Below the pieces are notes generated by a model, which saw nothing but the letters and a program-made list of their open reading frames with translations, searched no databases and was not told the origin of the DNA. Positions 36,887 through 46,754 of a DNA stretch of 64,000 bases are shown here, one piece after another. The stretch spans positions 1,960 to 65,959 of the forward strand of contig SICP01000004.1 in assembly GCA_009691415.1 (NCBI GenBank). The letters run 5' to 3'. The position numbers and the translations under genes were made by a program. This stretch comes from Candidatus Margulisiibacteriota bacterium. GTDB lineage: Bacteria; Margulisbacteria; Marinamargulisbacteria; SXXA01; SICP01. Every line of letters begins with the position of its first letter. The first letter of the stretch is position 1.

Positions 36887-38234
36887 GAAGAAACTCTCCC
36901 AATTTGCCCCATAAAAACTGAAGATTCAATCCTACTATAATAATCGCCGTACCCCAAGCCAATACCTTAATCCACAGTGGATTTGTAAATTCGCCCATCT
37001 TTGCCCGTTCGCTCGTAAAGTGAATAAGTGGAATAACCGCGAAACTCAATTGCATACTTAAAATAACTTGACTCCAAACCAACAAGTCCATTGTATGACC
37101 TTCGCCATAAACCAAAATAACACCTACGGCAGGTACAATCGCAATAAGTCGAGTAAGTAATCTTCGCAGCCATGGCCGAAGGCGAATGTTTAAAAACCCC
37201 TCCATGACAATCTGACCCGCCAATGTCCCCGTCAATGTAGAATTTTGTCCTGATGCCAATAGCGCCACTGCAAACAGTGTACTCGCAATGGCGACGCCTA
37301 CGAGTGGACTTAATAGCTTATAGGCATCTTGAATTTCGGCAACTCCATGATGCCCTGAATTATGAAATACGGCAGCGGCCATAACCAAAATACCGCCATT
37401 GATAAACAGAGCAAACATCAACGCCAAGGTCGAATCTATCGTTGCAAACTTAATGGCCTCTCGTTTCCCTTCAGGAGTTTGTTCTACACGCCTCGTCTGC
37501 ACAATGGACGAGTGCAAATATAAGTTATGAGGCATGACGGTAGCCCCTAAAATCCCAATGGCAATGAACAACATATTTTTGTTATGCATAATATCAGAGT
37601 GGGGGACAAAACCTTGTAAAACCAACCCTATATCGGGCTTAGCATACAACAATTCCAAAGCAAAGCACCCACCTATGGTGACGATTAGCGTAATAACAAT
37701 GGCCTCAATATACCGAAACCCTTTATTTTGAAGCCACAACACGATCATGACATCCAAACTCGTAATCACACAGCCCCACACGAGTGGAATGCCGAACAAT
37801 AACTGAAGCCCAATCGCAGAACCCACCACCTCCGCCAAATCACACGCAGAAATTGCTAGCTCACATAAAACCCATAATAACCAGACAACGGGCTTAGAAT
37901 AATGATCTCGACACGCCTGTGCCAAATCTCTCCCCGAAACAATGCCCAACTTTACACACAAATGTTGCAGCAAAATAGCCATCACATTAGAAAGTAAAAT
38001 AACCCACAACAACGAATAGCCATACTGTGCACCGCCCGCCAAATCCGTCGCCCAATTGCCAGGATCCATATATCCCACTGCTACTAAAAATCCAGGGCCA
38101 GAAAACGCCAACATCTTACGCCAAAACGACATATTGGCACCCACAGGAATACTATGGTGCACTTCAGAAAGAGAAGCTGTTTCACTTTCTTGTCGCCATC
38201 CCAAGTACTTTTGGTTTTTGCCAAAAAAGTTCAT
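36879..38234 (-). CDS. mntH: Nramp-family divalent metal (Mn2+/Fe2+) transporter
   Basis: 451 aa. GPGFLVAVGYMDPGNWATDL and ATVMPHNLYLHS motifs. Confidence 0.93.
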   Translation of the reverse strand: MNFFGKNQKYLGWRQESETASLSEVHHSIPVGANMSFWRKMLAFSGPGFLVAVGYMDPGNWATDLAGGAQYGYSLLWVILLSNVMAILLQHLCVKLGIVSGRDLAQACRDHYSKPVVWLLWVLCELAISACDLAEVVGSAIGLQLLFGIPLVWGCVITSLDVMIVLWLQNKGFRYIEAIVITLIVTIGGCFALELLYAKPDIGLVLQGFVPHSDIMHNKNMLFIAIGILGATVMPHNLYLHSSIVQTRRVEQTPEGKREAIKFATIDSTLALMFALFINGGILVMAAAVFHNSGHHGVAEIQDAYKLLSPLVGVAIASTLFAVALLASGQNSTLTGTLAGQIVMEGFLNIRLRPWLRRLLTRLIAIVPAVGVILVYGEGHTMDLLVWSQVILSMQLSFAVIPLIHFTSERAKMGEFTNPLWIKVLAWGTAIIIVGLNLQFLWGKLGEFLHV

Positions 38235-38254
38235 AAATATAATCCTCTCGAAAG

Positions 38255-38270
38255 TTTAAGCATACTTAAA
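38255..38270. promoter_or_regulatory. Palindrome upstream of mntH, candidate MntR operator
   Basis: tttaag-cata-cttaaa (6-4-6 inverted repeat) lies 21-36 nt upstream of the mntH start. The sequence is AT-rich, so chance occurrence is possible. Confidence 0.3.
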
Positions 38271-38317
38271 TAACATGGAATATTAAACAAGAAACACATA
38301 CCTTGCAAGAAATATTT

Positions 38318-39256
38318 TTATCTAATAAAAAAAGGAACAAACCACTGAAACAAAATCCCCGAACATACAGCAAGCACTACATGAGTCACAATATACAAAA
38401 CGGTAGGCCTCATACCCAAAACTTTTTTAGCTAAAATAATAGTTGGAATCCCTGTCCCAACAGAAGTCACCATAAAACAAAAAACGGGACCTGTGGGCAT
38501 ACCCAATTTAAGCAAAGAAAAAATAATGGGCACTTCTTCACCCGCACACGCGTGAAAAGGAAGTCCACATAATATAGCAATGCCATAAGACAATACCTGA
38601 GAATGACTCATGTATGATTGCATTAACGTTTCAGGCAAAAGCGTCATCACCAAACTGGCAACAACAAGAGCAAGAATCAAATAGGGCCCTAGAGTCGATG
38701 CGATGCGAAATACACTGGCCAAAAACGAGGGACGCGCTTCCTGAACAGCAGAAACATCACCATGATGATGATAATGCGCGTGTGCGGGATTATGACAGGT
38801 ATGATCAGGCAATGGGGGAGGGGACCAAGCAAAACCTTGTACACCCATATCTTGCAAGAAATTAAAAAGGTATCCCAAAATAAGTGCCGAACATAAAGCA
38901 AAGATTAAGTGCCCAACAACAAATGAAAGTCCCAACAAACTATAAGTCAGCATTAATGAATATAACCATGAAAACGGTGTGATCATGAGAAGCGCAACAA
39001 TGACGCCGATGCGCGCACCCTTTGCCTTAAGTGCTTGCGCGATAGGCATAGACGTACAAGAACATAGGGGCAATAACATGCCTATAAAACAAGCTGCCAA
39101 AACCGATTGAGATTTATTTTGAAAATAGGACAGAAGCTTAGAAGAATCCAAACGCGAATCTAAAAAAGCTCCCACCAAAATACTAATCGCAAAGAAAGGG
39201 AGAATGTCTTTAGCTAAATGAGAAAGTTCATGAAAAAATAAACCAAAAAAATGCAT
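38318..39256 (-). CDS. Permease-family (ArsP/DUF318-like) membrane protein with a His-rich loop, probable metal transporter
   Basis: 312 aa with about 8 TM helices. Cys pair LPLCSCTS. Central loop PDHTCHNPAHAHYHHHGD. Confidence 0.55.
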   Translation of the reverse strand: MHFFGLFFHELSHLAKDILPFFAISILVGAFLDSRLDSSKLLSYFQNKSQSVLAACFIGMLLPLCSCTSMPIAQALKAKGARIGVIVALLMITPFSWLYSLMLTYSLLGLSFVVGHLIFALCSALILGYLFNFLQDMGVQGFAWSPPPLPDHTCHNPAHAHYHHHGDVSAVQEARPSFLASVFRIASTLGPYLILALVVASLVMTLLPETLMQSYMSHSQVLSYGIAILCGLPFHACAGEEVPIIFSLLKLGMPTGPVFCFMVTSVGTGIPTIILAKKVLGMRPTVLYIVTHVVLAVCSGILFQWFVPFFIR

Positions 39257-39264
39257 AAGTCTCC

Positions 39265-39310
39265 AAAAAAAAACAGGGAACCAGATCTAAGTCTAATTCC
39301 CTGTTTTTTG
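39265..39310 (-). terminator. Rho-independent terminator after the small basic-protein gene
   Basis: The minus strand reads aacagggaa-(16 nt)-ttccctgtt followed by nine T. The plus strand also has a T-run, so it is structurally bidirectional. Confidence 0.75.
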
Positions 39311-39330
39311 AAAAATTTAAATTAAATAAT

Positions 39331-39528
39331 TTATAGTGCGTTCCAATCTTTTTCGCTGCAAAACTTTGTTAATTTTGTACCATCATCATCAACTGCTTTA
39401 AAAGCAAAGCGACGTTGTACTTTACCGTCTTTCAATGTTCTGTCGTAAGTTACTTTCTCAACTTTAGCTGGAGAAATTTTTACCTTTGCTTTCTTTTTAA
39501 CATTATAGAATTCAATAGATGCGCTCAT
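39331..39528 (-). CDS. Small basic protein (65 aa), unknown function
   Basis: Strong SD (AAAGGAG) 8 nt before the ATG. Lys-rich. Its own terminator suggests a monocistronic, highly expressed gene. Confidence 0.6.
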   Translation of the reverse strand: MSASIEFYNVKKKAKVKISPAKVEKVTYDRTLKDGKVQRRFAFKAVDDDGTKLTKFCSEKDWNAL

Positions 39529-39610
39529 TATAAATCTCCTTTGATTTTTAGAAATGTCCCCACTAGAGGCTAAAATTTAGCATAATTTCTGAGTTTGGCA
39601 AAGACAAAAT

Positions 39611-41638
39611 CTAATCGACTTTTACAGGGAGAATCACAAATGAAATACCCTTAAGATATAAATCACGTTGAATAGCCAGTACCATAGAGTTGTGAAGAAG
39701 GCGTGTAAAGAATGTATCTTCATGGAAAACGAGCTTGCCGCCAAAGAAAACCGTATGACTAAATCGATTAACAATGACACCTGACATTTTCAACATTTCA
39801 GAAACAATATCCACACCAATCACACTATGACCTTCTGCGTAATAGCCGTAGTCTTTCATAAGCTCAACGTACTTGCTAACATCTTTCTGGGATTTCTCCT
39901 GTAACTTGTCGACCGCATCAGCACCCTTAAACACGCCGGCGTCAATAAGTCCCACTTGAATAAACACAAAGTTTTTAAAAGTATTACCAAATAAATCAAT
40001 AATGCTATTGAGCGTATACAATCCAATCCCAGTAAAACCATTTACAAACATCACCGCAGTTCTTGCATCAGAATCAAAAACAATATGCTCTGACGCAGGA
40101 CAAGCACGGGGAATAAAGTTAGGAGCATTGGCGGCAAAAATCATCTTGTCGAATTTCTTAAGTGTTTTCGCTGTTTCTAAATAGTGACGCTTAATAACCA
40201 CAGAAATCCCAATAACAACTCCTGTAATAATAAGCGTAATCCAACCCCCGTCATGAAATTTCAGAACTACCATAGAAACTAAAATGAAAAAACAAAGCGT
40301 AAGCCCAGAAAAACTTACAAATAATTTACGTTTCCAATGTTCAAGTTTTTTTCTAGAGCTAATCCAATGTCGTGTCATCCCAGCAAGAGAGAGTACAAAC
40401 GTTATAAAGACATTGATACTATATAAGACAACCAAAAAGGCAACAGACCCTTTGGTTAATATCATCATGCCAATAGCACCAATACCCATAAACAAAACGC
40501 TATTTTGAGTAATTAATCGATCACTTAACATAGCAAATTTTGTAGGGAACCAGCGATCAATAGCCATATTAGCCAAGACGCGAGGCCCACCCATAAAACC
40601 AGTCTGTGCTGCAACAAACAATATAACCGCTTCTGATATAAGCGTGACGAGAACAAATATATAGCCTACATTTTTGGGCCATGAAGCGGTCATAGTCGCC
40701 AATAATGTAGCATTGAGTGTTTTTCCAGGTTCTACATGAACACCATATAAGAGATACGCAACCATTAAACCAACAACCATAAACGCAAGAGAGATTGCCA
40801 TGTAGTGCATGGTACGTTTTCCAGTTTGTACTCTGGGTTCTCTTAGAATAGAAACGCCATTACTAACCGCTTCAATACCAGTATACGTTCCAGCGCCCAT
40901 GCTATAGGCTTTTAGTATCACGATGAACATACCAAACATACCTAGTTCAGATCTCGATCTTGAGAGATCTATAACTGTATTTTGAACCAAATCAGGGACG
41001 ATCGATAAGTGTGTGAAAAAAGTATAGACTATGACAAAGGCATGCGTGAAAATAAAAAGTAAAAAAATAGGCACTAAGGCCATGACAGATTCTTTGGCCC
41101 CACGCAGATTTAAAATAGTGAGAACAAAAATCGCAAGAATACCAACAATGAGCTTGTAGCTAATAAAGTGTTCTGGTAAAAAACTAAAAATTGCATCAGC
41201 GCCACTGGCTATAGAAATGGTAATGGTCAGAATATAATCAATAATTAGGGCGCAACCAGAGATCATGCCTAATGTAGGCGACAACAATTTACTGGCAACC
41301 AAATAGCCACCACCACCAGAAGGGAAAAGTTCAATAATTTGAGAATAACTGGCGCTAATTACAAAAATGGTAATCGCAGAAGCTAGCGCTACAAAAATAG
41401 AGAGATAGGGATGATGGCTTAAAGCAATAAAGGCTTCAGAAGGACCATATACACAGGAAGAAAGACCGTCGGCGCCTAATCCGACCCAAGCAAAAAAGGC
41501 GATCAAAGACAGATTATGAAACACCGAACGGTCTAAAGGATTTTTCGCATCACCAATAATGATGTGTTTAAGGTATGAAGTAAATTTTTTGAACATAGGG
41601 TACAATTCTATCTTGGAATTACAAGAAAAAACAGACAA
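39611..41638 (-). CDS. APC-superfamily amino acid/polyamine permease with a ~200-aa cytoplasmic C-terminal domain
   Basis: 675 aa. Twelve TM helices with APC-like GADGLSS..., then a soluble tail. The start may be Met14 (41599), which would avoid overlap with the divergent gene. Confidence 0.75.
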   Translation of the reverse strand: MSVFSCNSKIELYPMFKKFTSYLKHIIIGDAKNPLDRSVFHNLSLIAFFAWVGLGADGLSSCVYGPSEAFIALSHHPYLSIFVALASAITIFVISASYSQIIELFPSGGGGYLVASKLLSPTLGMISGCALIIDYILTITISIASGADAIFSFLPEHFISYKLIVGILAIFVLTILNLRGAKESVMALVPIFLLFIFTHAFVIVYTFFTHLSIVPDLVQNTVIDLSRSRSELGMFGMFIVILKAYSMGAGTYTGIEAVSNGVSILREPRVQTGKRTMHYMAISLAFMVVGLMVAYLLYGVHVEPGKTLNATLLATMTASWPKNVGYIFVLVTLISEAVILFVAAQTGFMGGPRVLANMAIDRWFPTKFAMLSDRLITQNSVLFMGIGAIGMMILTKGSVAFLVVLYSINVFITFVLSLAGMTRHWISSRKKLEHWKRKLFVSFSGLTLCFFILVSMVVLKFHDGGWITLIITGVVIGISVVIKRHYLETAKTLKKFDKMIFAANAPNFIPRACPASEHIVFDSDARTAVMFVNGFTGIGLYTLNSIIDLFGNTFKNFVFIQVGLIDAGVFKGADAVDKLQEKSQKDVSKYVELMKDYGYYAEGHSVIGVDIVSEMLKMSGVIVNRFSHTVFFGGKLVFHEDTFFTRLLHNSMVLAIQRDLYLKGISFVILPVKVD

Positions 41639-42257
41639 ACTTCAAAAACTCTTTCAAAAAGTTGATCAACAAACCCATGACCTTTCTTGCAAGGCCTCTC
41701 TACACTGCCTGCCTGGGTGCGGGGCCTGTTGCGAAAACCCCAACGTCGAAAGCACAGTCCTAGAATTTTTGCCTCTAAGCATAGAATTATGGCAAAAAAA
41801 CCAATCCGAAGATCTTCTAAGATTACTCAACAAGACAGAAGAGGGCACATCCTGCATTTTATACAAAGCAGACCCAAATATTCCAGGAAATGGTCGTTGT
41901 ACACAATACGAGCTTAGGCCCCTGCTATGTCGCACGTTCGGTTATGCAGCACGCCTAAATAAATACGGGGAAAAAGAATTAGCCACATGCAAAAAAATCA
42001 GTTTAGACCAACCCGAATCTATAAAGCGGGCACAAAAATTAATTGATGAGGGCCTAGACGTCCCAGTTTTTTCAGAAGCATGGCTAGCATTATTAGATAT
42101 TGATCCCGGATTAGCTACAGACCGATACCCCATGAACGTAGCCTTAAAAACAGCTCTAGAAAAGATAGGATATTGGAGAGACTGCTCCCAATCTGATACA
42201 CTCGAAAATCATGACTACAGCAATCAAAATTCAAGATCTAAGAAAAATCTATTCTAA
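41559..42257 (+). CDS. YkgJ-family (CxxCxxCC) zinc/iron-chelating domain protein
   Basis: CLPGCGACCENP motif. The start is uncertain, and an alternative TTG at 41613 would avoid the divergent overlap. Confidence 0.65.
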   Translation: MMCLRYEVNFLNIGYNSILELQEKTDKLQKLFQKVDQQTHDLSCKASLHCLPGCGACCENPNVESTVLEFLPLSIELWQKNQSEDLLRLLNKTEEGTSCILYKADPNIPGNGRCTQYELRPLLCRTFGYAARLNKYGEKELATCKKISLDQPESIKRAQKLIDEGLDVPVFSEAWLALLDIDPGLATDRYPMNVALKTALEKIGYWRDCSQSDTLENHDYSNQNSRSKKNLF

Positions 42258-43131
42258 TGATTTTGAAGCATTAAAGGGCATTAATCTAAGCGTAGAAAAA
42301 GGCGAGTTCTTTGGCCTGCTAGGCCCAAACGGTGCAGGAAAATCAACTATTATTGGCATCATTTGTTCTCTCGTTAGCAAAACATCCGGTGACGTCAAAA
42401 TAGCCGGATATGATATTGAGAAAAACCCCACAGAAGCCAAACGAAAGTTGGGCGTTGTACCTCAGGAATTTAATTTTAATATTTTTGAACATTGCGAACA
42501 TATTGTAATCAATCAAGCAGGTTACTATGGGGTACCAAGAGCCATCGCAAAAGCTCGAGCCAAAATTTTATTTGAAGAATTGGGACTCACCGATAAAAGC
42601 CACGTAGCCGCCGGAAAATTATCGGGAGGACTCAAACGTCGTCTCATGATTGCACGCGCACTCATACACGAACCAGAAATCCTTATTCTCGACGAACCCA
42701 CAGCCGGTGTTGATATCGCACTCAGACGTTCCATGTGGCAGTACATTTCCGGGCTCAACCAAAAAGGACTCACCGTTATTCTCACTACACATTATTTAGA
42801 AGAAGCTGAAGCCCTCTGTAATCGACTTGCCATCATCGATCAAGGCCGTATTATTGCAGACAGCCCAACCCAAGAACTTCTGCAAAAATTACACTCCGAA
42901 ACCATTATTCTCTACGGAGAGTTTCCCGAAATAATTCCAGAACTTGTAGGTTTCAGCCTACGAAAAATAGATGATCAAACCCTTGAGGTTGATCTATTGA
43001 ATCAACAATCGATCGACATAGTCATGGCCCATCTAAGTCATCATAATATTCCCATTCATCGCATGAAAAACAAAGCAAATCGACTCGAAGAAATGTTTGT
43101 ACGTCTCGTAGAGGAAGCCCATGTCCAATAA
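42211..43131 (+). CDS. ABC-2-type transporter ATP-binding protein
   Basis: 306 aa. GPNGAGKST, LSGGLKRRLMIARAL, ILILDEPTAGVD. Confidence 0.9.
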   Translation: MTTAIKIQDLRKIYSNDFEALKGINLSVEKGEFFGLLGPNGAGKSTIIGIICSLVSKTSGDVKIAGYDIEKNPTEAKRKLGVVPQEFNFNIFEHCEHIVINQAGYYGVPRAIAKARAKILFEELGLTDKSHVAAGKLSGGLKRRLMIARALIHEPEILILDEPTAGVDIALRRSMWQYISGLNQKGLTVILTTHYLEEAEALCNRLAIIDQGRIIADSPTQELLQKLHSETIILYGEFPEIIPELVGFSLRKIDDQTLEVDLLNQQSIDIVMAHLSHHNIPIHRMKNKANRLEEMFVRLVEEAHVQ

Positions 43132-43897
43132 CAACATACAATGGATCGCCTATAAAACTGTCCTTTATAGAGAACTTCATCGTATTTTTCGTATCTGGAA
43201 ACAAACACTCCTACCACCCGCCATCACAATATCCCTCTATTTCCTCATCTTCGGCAATTTTATAGGACAACGAATCGGGCAATTCCAGGGCGTTCCCTAT
43301 ATTAATTTTATAGTCCCGGGTTTAATAATGATGGCTGTCATCACCAACTCTTTCGGCAATGTGGTGGCATCATTTTACGGTGTCCGATTCCAAAAAAATA
43401 TCGAAGAAATGCAGGTCTCTCCCATGAGTAGCGCCGTCATGCTCTTAGGGTATATCACTGGCGGCGTGGCACGAGGCATGATGATTGGCGTAATCGTCAC
43501 CTTCATCTCGCTTTTCTTTTCCAAACTGACTATTTTCAGCTTAGGCGTCACCATATACACCATGGTTTTAACATCGACACTGTTTGCTCTAGCCGGATTA
43601 ATCAATGCCATTTTTGCCAAAAGTTTTGACGACACCACCATCGTCCTCAACTTCGTCCTCACCCCCCTCACTTATTTAGGCGGCGTTTTTTATTCCATTA
43701 AAATGCTCCCTCCCATCTGGAAAAAAATCTCTCTCCTCAATCCAATCTTGCATCTGGTTAGTATTTTTAGATATGGATTTTTAGGTATTGCAGACGTCCC
43801 CGTTTACGAAACGCTCACAGGCTTAACACTCTTGATCATTGCGCTAGGCATATGGACACATTGGCTTCTTAAAAAAGGCGTAGGTATTCGGACGTAA
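43121..43897 (+). CDS. ABC-2-type transporter permease
   Basis: 258 aa with six TM helices. 11-nt overlap with the ATPase gene. Confidence 0.85.
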   Translation: MSNNNIQWIAYKTVLYRELHRIFRIWKQTLLPPAITISLYFLIFGNFIGQRIGQFQGVPYINFIVPGLIMMAVITNSFGNVVASFYGVRFQKNIEEMQVSPMSSAVMLLGYITGGVARGMMIGVIVTFISLFFSKLTIFSLGVTIYTMVLTSTLFALAGLINAIFAKSFDDTTIVLNFVLTPLTYLGGVFYSIKMLPPIWKKISLLNPILHLVSIFRYGFLGIADVPVYETLTGLTLLIIALGIWTHWLLKKGVGIRT

Positions 43898-43959
43898 TAG
43901 TAAGACACAAAAATCAACCATACCGTTATACGCATTCTTTTTAAAAAACTCTACACTAC

Positions 43960-44065
43960 TCGCATCTTTGTTTAGGGAAATTGGGTCACCCCCAGCTGTC
44001 GCGCAACCGTTTCAAAAGTCGGAATGCCTAACCAAAAGAATCATTAAAGACGTCTCGCGAAAGGA
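43960..44065 (+). promoter_or_regulatory. Cobalamin riboswitch (compact form)
   Basis: TAGGGAAATTGGGTCACCCCCAGCTGTCGCGCAACCGT parallels the E. coli btuB leader core as I recall it (AGGGAA...GCTGACGCGCAGCGGT). AAGTCGGAATGCCTAACC parallels the B12 box. It sits directly upstream of a TonB-dependent receptor. Confidence 0.7.
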
Positions 44066-44079
44066 CGCCGGAGAAAAAC

Positions 44080-45933
44080 ATGAATAAAAAAAGCAGCATA
44101 CTCGCATTCCTATTACTAGGAGCGATCACAACCTATGCAGACACACAAGTCACACTTCCCACCGTCTATGTCACCGCCGCAAAATACCAACAAAGCGCAA
44201 CTGATAATACCAAAGTCGTTGAATCAATTACCGGGGAAACACTCCGAACATTGGGCGTTATTTCTGTTCAAGAAGCACTCTCACTATTTTCAAACATTCA
44301 CGTAGTAAATGCCTCAGGCGTACAAAGTGTCTTTATGCAAGGAGTGGGGTCAAATCAAGTTAAAATTTTATTAGATGGCGTCACGCTAAAAGATCCAACG
44401 ACACCTCAAGGCACGCCCTTAATCAATCACATCGACATTGATTATATAGACCGAATTGAAATCGTATCAGGTGGCCAAAGTACATTGTACGGTTCTGGCG
44501 CAATGGCCGGAGTCATCAACATCCTCACCAAAAAAAATACAGAAAAAAACATTCTACTACAAACAGCTATTAAGGGGCCCCACGACCGAGCCGGATTTAG
44601 TTATGGCCAAGATATTGCCGGCTACTTATTCTCTTTATCTGCAAAGCTGGACAATGATAGGTCTCATTCTGCCATACAAGGATTGGCAGAAAAAGACGAA
44701 GTAAAAGCCCACTCCCTACAAGTAGCACTGAACAAAGAGTTGCCAATAGGAAACCTAGATCTTACTTATAGACAACATCGGGTTGAAGAAGGCTTAGATT
44801 ATAATAACAACTTTAGCCCTCTTTATGACGACCCCAATAACACCTCTACTACACAACAAAATACAACGTTCGCCAAATGGTCACTGCCATGGAAAGACAA
44901 CACCACCAACCTTATATTTACAGCATCATATACATCTAGACATGCAATTAATTTGGCAGACTCTGGGTCCTCTAGTTTTTCTGATGATATGCATACAGGG
45001 CAAACCAGAAGCATCGACTTTCAAAATATTTTCAAATTAGAAACGGATCACACCATATTAATTGGCCTAGAACACTCACATGAAAACGGATCATTTAAGA
45101 GTAACTACAATGGATTTACAGATACACTTACAAATAAAAATCTAGACACCCTAAGTACCTATTCACAATGGGAATGGCGCAATCCAATGGTTACATCTGT
45201 TATTGGAGGACGATATGAATCTTTCGGAAATAAACATGTCAACACCTACGATTTAAGTTTTTCTAAAGAAATCATTCCTAGCGTGATCACAAAATACAAT
45301 GCAAGTTCTGGACATCGTGAACCGTCCTTATACGAAGCGTATGCCCAAGATGCCTACACTATTAACAACCCAAATCTAACAGCAGAAAATTCCTATAGCA
45401 GACAATATTCTATTTCTCATGCCATCAATAATTTTGAATACGGTGCAACCATTTTCGAACAAGATGTCTACAACAAAATTACCTATGTCACCATTAATCC
45501 AACCCTCTTTACAAGTAGCTATAAAAATATTGCCGGTAAAACAAAATCCAGAGGAACCAACTACCACATCAAAGCCTTTCAACTACCGTATCTCTCTTAT
45601 CTTTTATTAGGATATACGCACACCCATTCAAAAAATACAGACGGAACCCCCACACTAAGAATTCCCAAAAACGAACTCTCTCTTTCTGCCGTCATACCAA
45701 TAGGAAAATTAACAACCGGAATCACCTTGAAATACAGAGGGGAAATTCAGGATACAACGACTAAAAAAGCAAAAGAATATACCGTCATCGATACGCATAT
45801 GACCTACAAACTCACCTCGACTCTACAGGCCAATATCACCGTTTACAATTTGCAAGACAACAAGTATTTTCCGCTGAATAACTACCAAGTATCAGGCAGA
45901 GAAATTCTCGCAGGGGTTACTTACTCGTTTTGA
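44080..45933 (+). CDS. btuB: TonB-dependent outer-membrane receptor, probable cobalamin receptor
   Basis: 617 aa. Signal peptide, TonB-box-like TLPTVYVTA, plug domain (IEIVSGGQSTLYGSGAMAGVINI) and C-terminal ...AGVTYSF. Length and riboswitch context fit BtuB. Confidence 0.75.
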   Translation: MNKKSSILAFLLLGAITTYADTQVTLPTVYVTAAKYQQSATDNTKVVESITGETLRTLGVISVQEALSLFSNIHVVNASGVQSVFMQGVGSNQVKILLDGVTLKDPTTPQGTPLINHIDIDYIDRIEIVSGGQSTLYGSGAMAGVINILTKKNTEKNILLQTAIKGPHDRAGFSYGQDIAGYLFSLSAKLDNDRSHSAIQGLAEKDEVKAHSLQVALNKELPIGNLDLTYRQHRVEEGLDYNNNFSPLYDDPNNTSTTQQNTTFAKWSLPWKDNTTNLIFTASYTSRHAINLADSGSSSFSDDMHTGQTRSIDFQNIFKLETDHTILIGLEHSHENGSFKSNYNGFTDTLTNKNLDTLSTYSQWEWRNPMVTSVIGGRYESFGNKHVNTYDLSFSKEIIPSVITKYNASSGHREPSLYEAYAQDAYTINNPNLTAENSYSRQYSISHAINNFEYGATIFEQDVYNKITYVTINPTLFTSSYKNIAGKTKSRGTNYHIKAFQLPYLSYLLLGYTHTHSKNTDGTPTLRIPKNELSLSAVIPIGKLTTGITLKYRGEIQDTTTKKAKEYTVIDTHMTYKLTSTLQANITVYNLQDNKYFPLNNYQVSGREILAGVTYSF

Positions 45934-46358
45934 GAGGCTCCAGATCCTTTATTCGATAACAAGTCATCCATTAGTGCATTTAAATCCGCATCCAACGCAT
46001 GACGTTTCAAATCACCTAAAAAACAAAAATCTAAAGCCCGTTCATGCGTTGATGCCAAAATGACAAGAGGGGCACATCCCGCTAAAAAAGCTTCTTGCCA
46101 ACGAGACGCACACAAACACCAACGATCTCCAGGTTTTAAACCAGAAAATCCAAACATCAAATTAGGCGTCGATAAATTATTTCCCGCTGCTTTTGAAAAT
46201 ACCAAAAAATCTTCCGTCGCTTCTATACACACCGCATGCACACCTGCATCATCCGGGCCCACCTGACACGATCCTGTCCGATAAAACCCCGTCACAGGAT
46301 CCATACAACACGAAATCAACGCAGTACCTAAACAATTCACTTCGGAGCCCATATACAT
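45921..46358 (-). CDS. DUF2237-family protein
   Basis: 145 aa. ...DPVTGFYRTGSC...DAGVHAVC...GDRWCLCASRW... is typical of this small conserved family. Confidence 0.7.
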   Translation of the reverse strand: MYMGSEVNCLGTALISCCMDPVTGFYRTGSCQVGPDDAGVHAVCIEATEDFLVFSKAAGNNLSTPNLMFGFSGLKPGDRWCLCASRWQEAFLAGCAPLVILASTHERALDFCFLGDLKRHALDADLNALMDDLLSNKGSGASQNE

Positions 46359-46510
46359 CTCTAAACATTACCACAAAATTAGTGCCCCGTCTCATAAAAC
46401 AACACCCCATTAAATCGACTAAACCAAGACCTCTCATGGAGCATTTTATAGCCCTCAAAATTTTGATAATAAGCTACAAATTCAACTATGCACTCACGAG
46501 GATTCAAAAT

Positions 46511-46687
46511 TTACAACTTATCCCAAGATGTTACCTCCGACATCCACACAGCACTCTGTGCGCCATTATTTGGGTTTAAATAAGCAGTATCAGGCAAACG
46601 CAAACTCAAAATAAAAGGTTCACAGCAATAAGAAAATAATTTCCCTAAGCAACAGGGACAAATAAGGTCATCTTGCCATCTAGTCAT
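46511..46687 (-). CDS. Candidate small Cys-rich protein (58 aa), below the ORF-track cutoff
   Basis: MTRWQDDLICPCCLGKLFSYCCEPF...AYLNPNNGAQSAVWMSEV.... The CPCC...CC pattern is loosely reminiscent of Trm112/UPF0434 zinc ribbons. It has no convincing SD. Confidence 0.25.
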   Translation of the reverse strand: MTRWQDDLICPCCLGKLFSYCCEPFILSLRLPDTAYLNPNNGAQSAVWMSEVTSWDKL

Positions 46688-46754
46688 ATTCTAAGTATAA
46701 TTTAAGCCTTTACACTTTACCTATACAGAAACTCTCTCCAACTAAGGACGTCGT

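Noticed and set aside
46193-46579. 128-aa plus-strand ORF spanning the DUF2237 5' end and the intergenic gap
   Set aside because: It is low-complexity Pro/Thr/Leu-rich, is antisense to a conserved gene for half its length, and has no SD.
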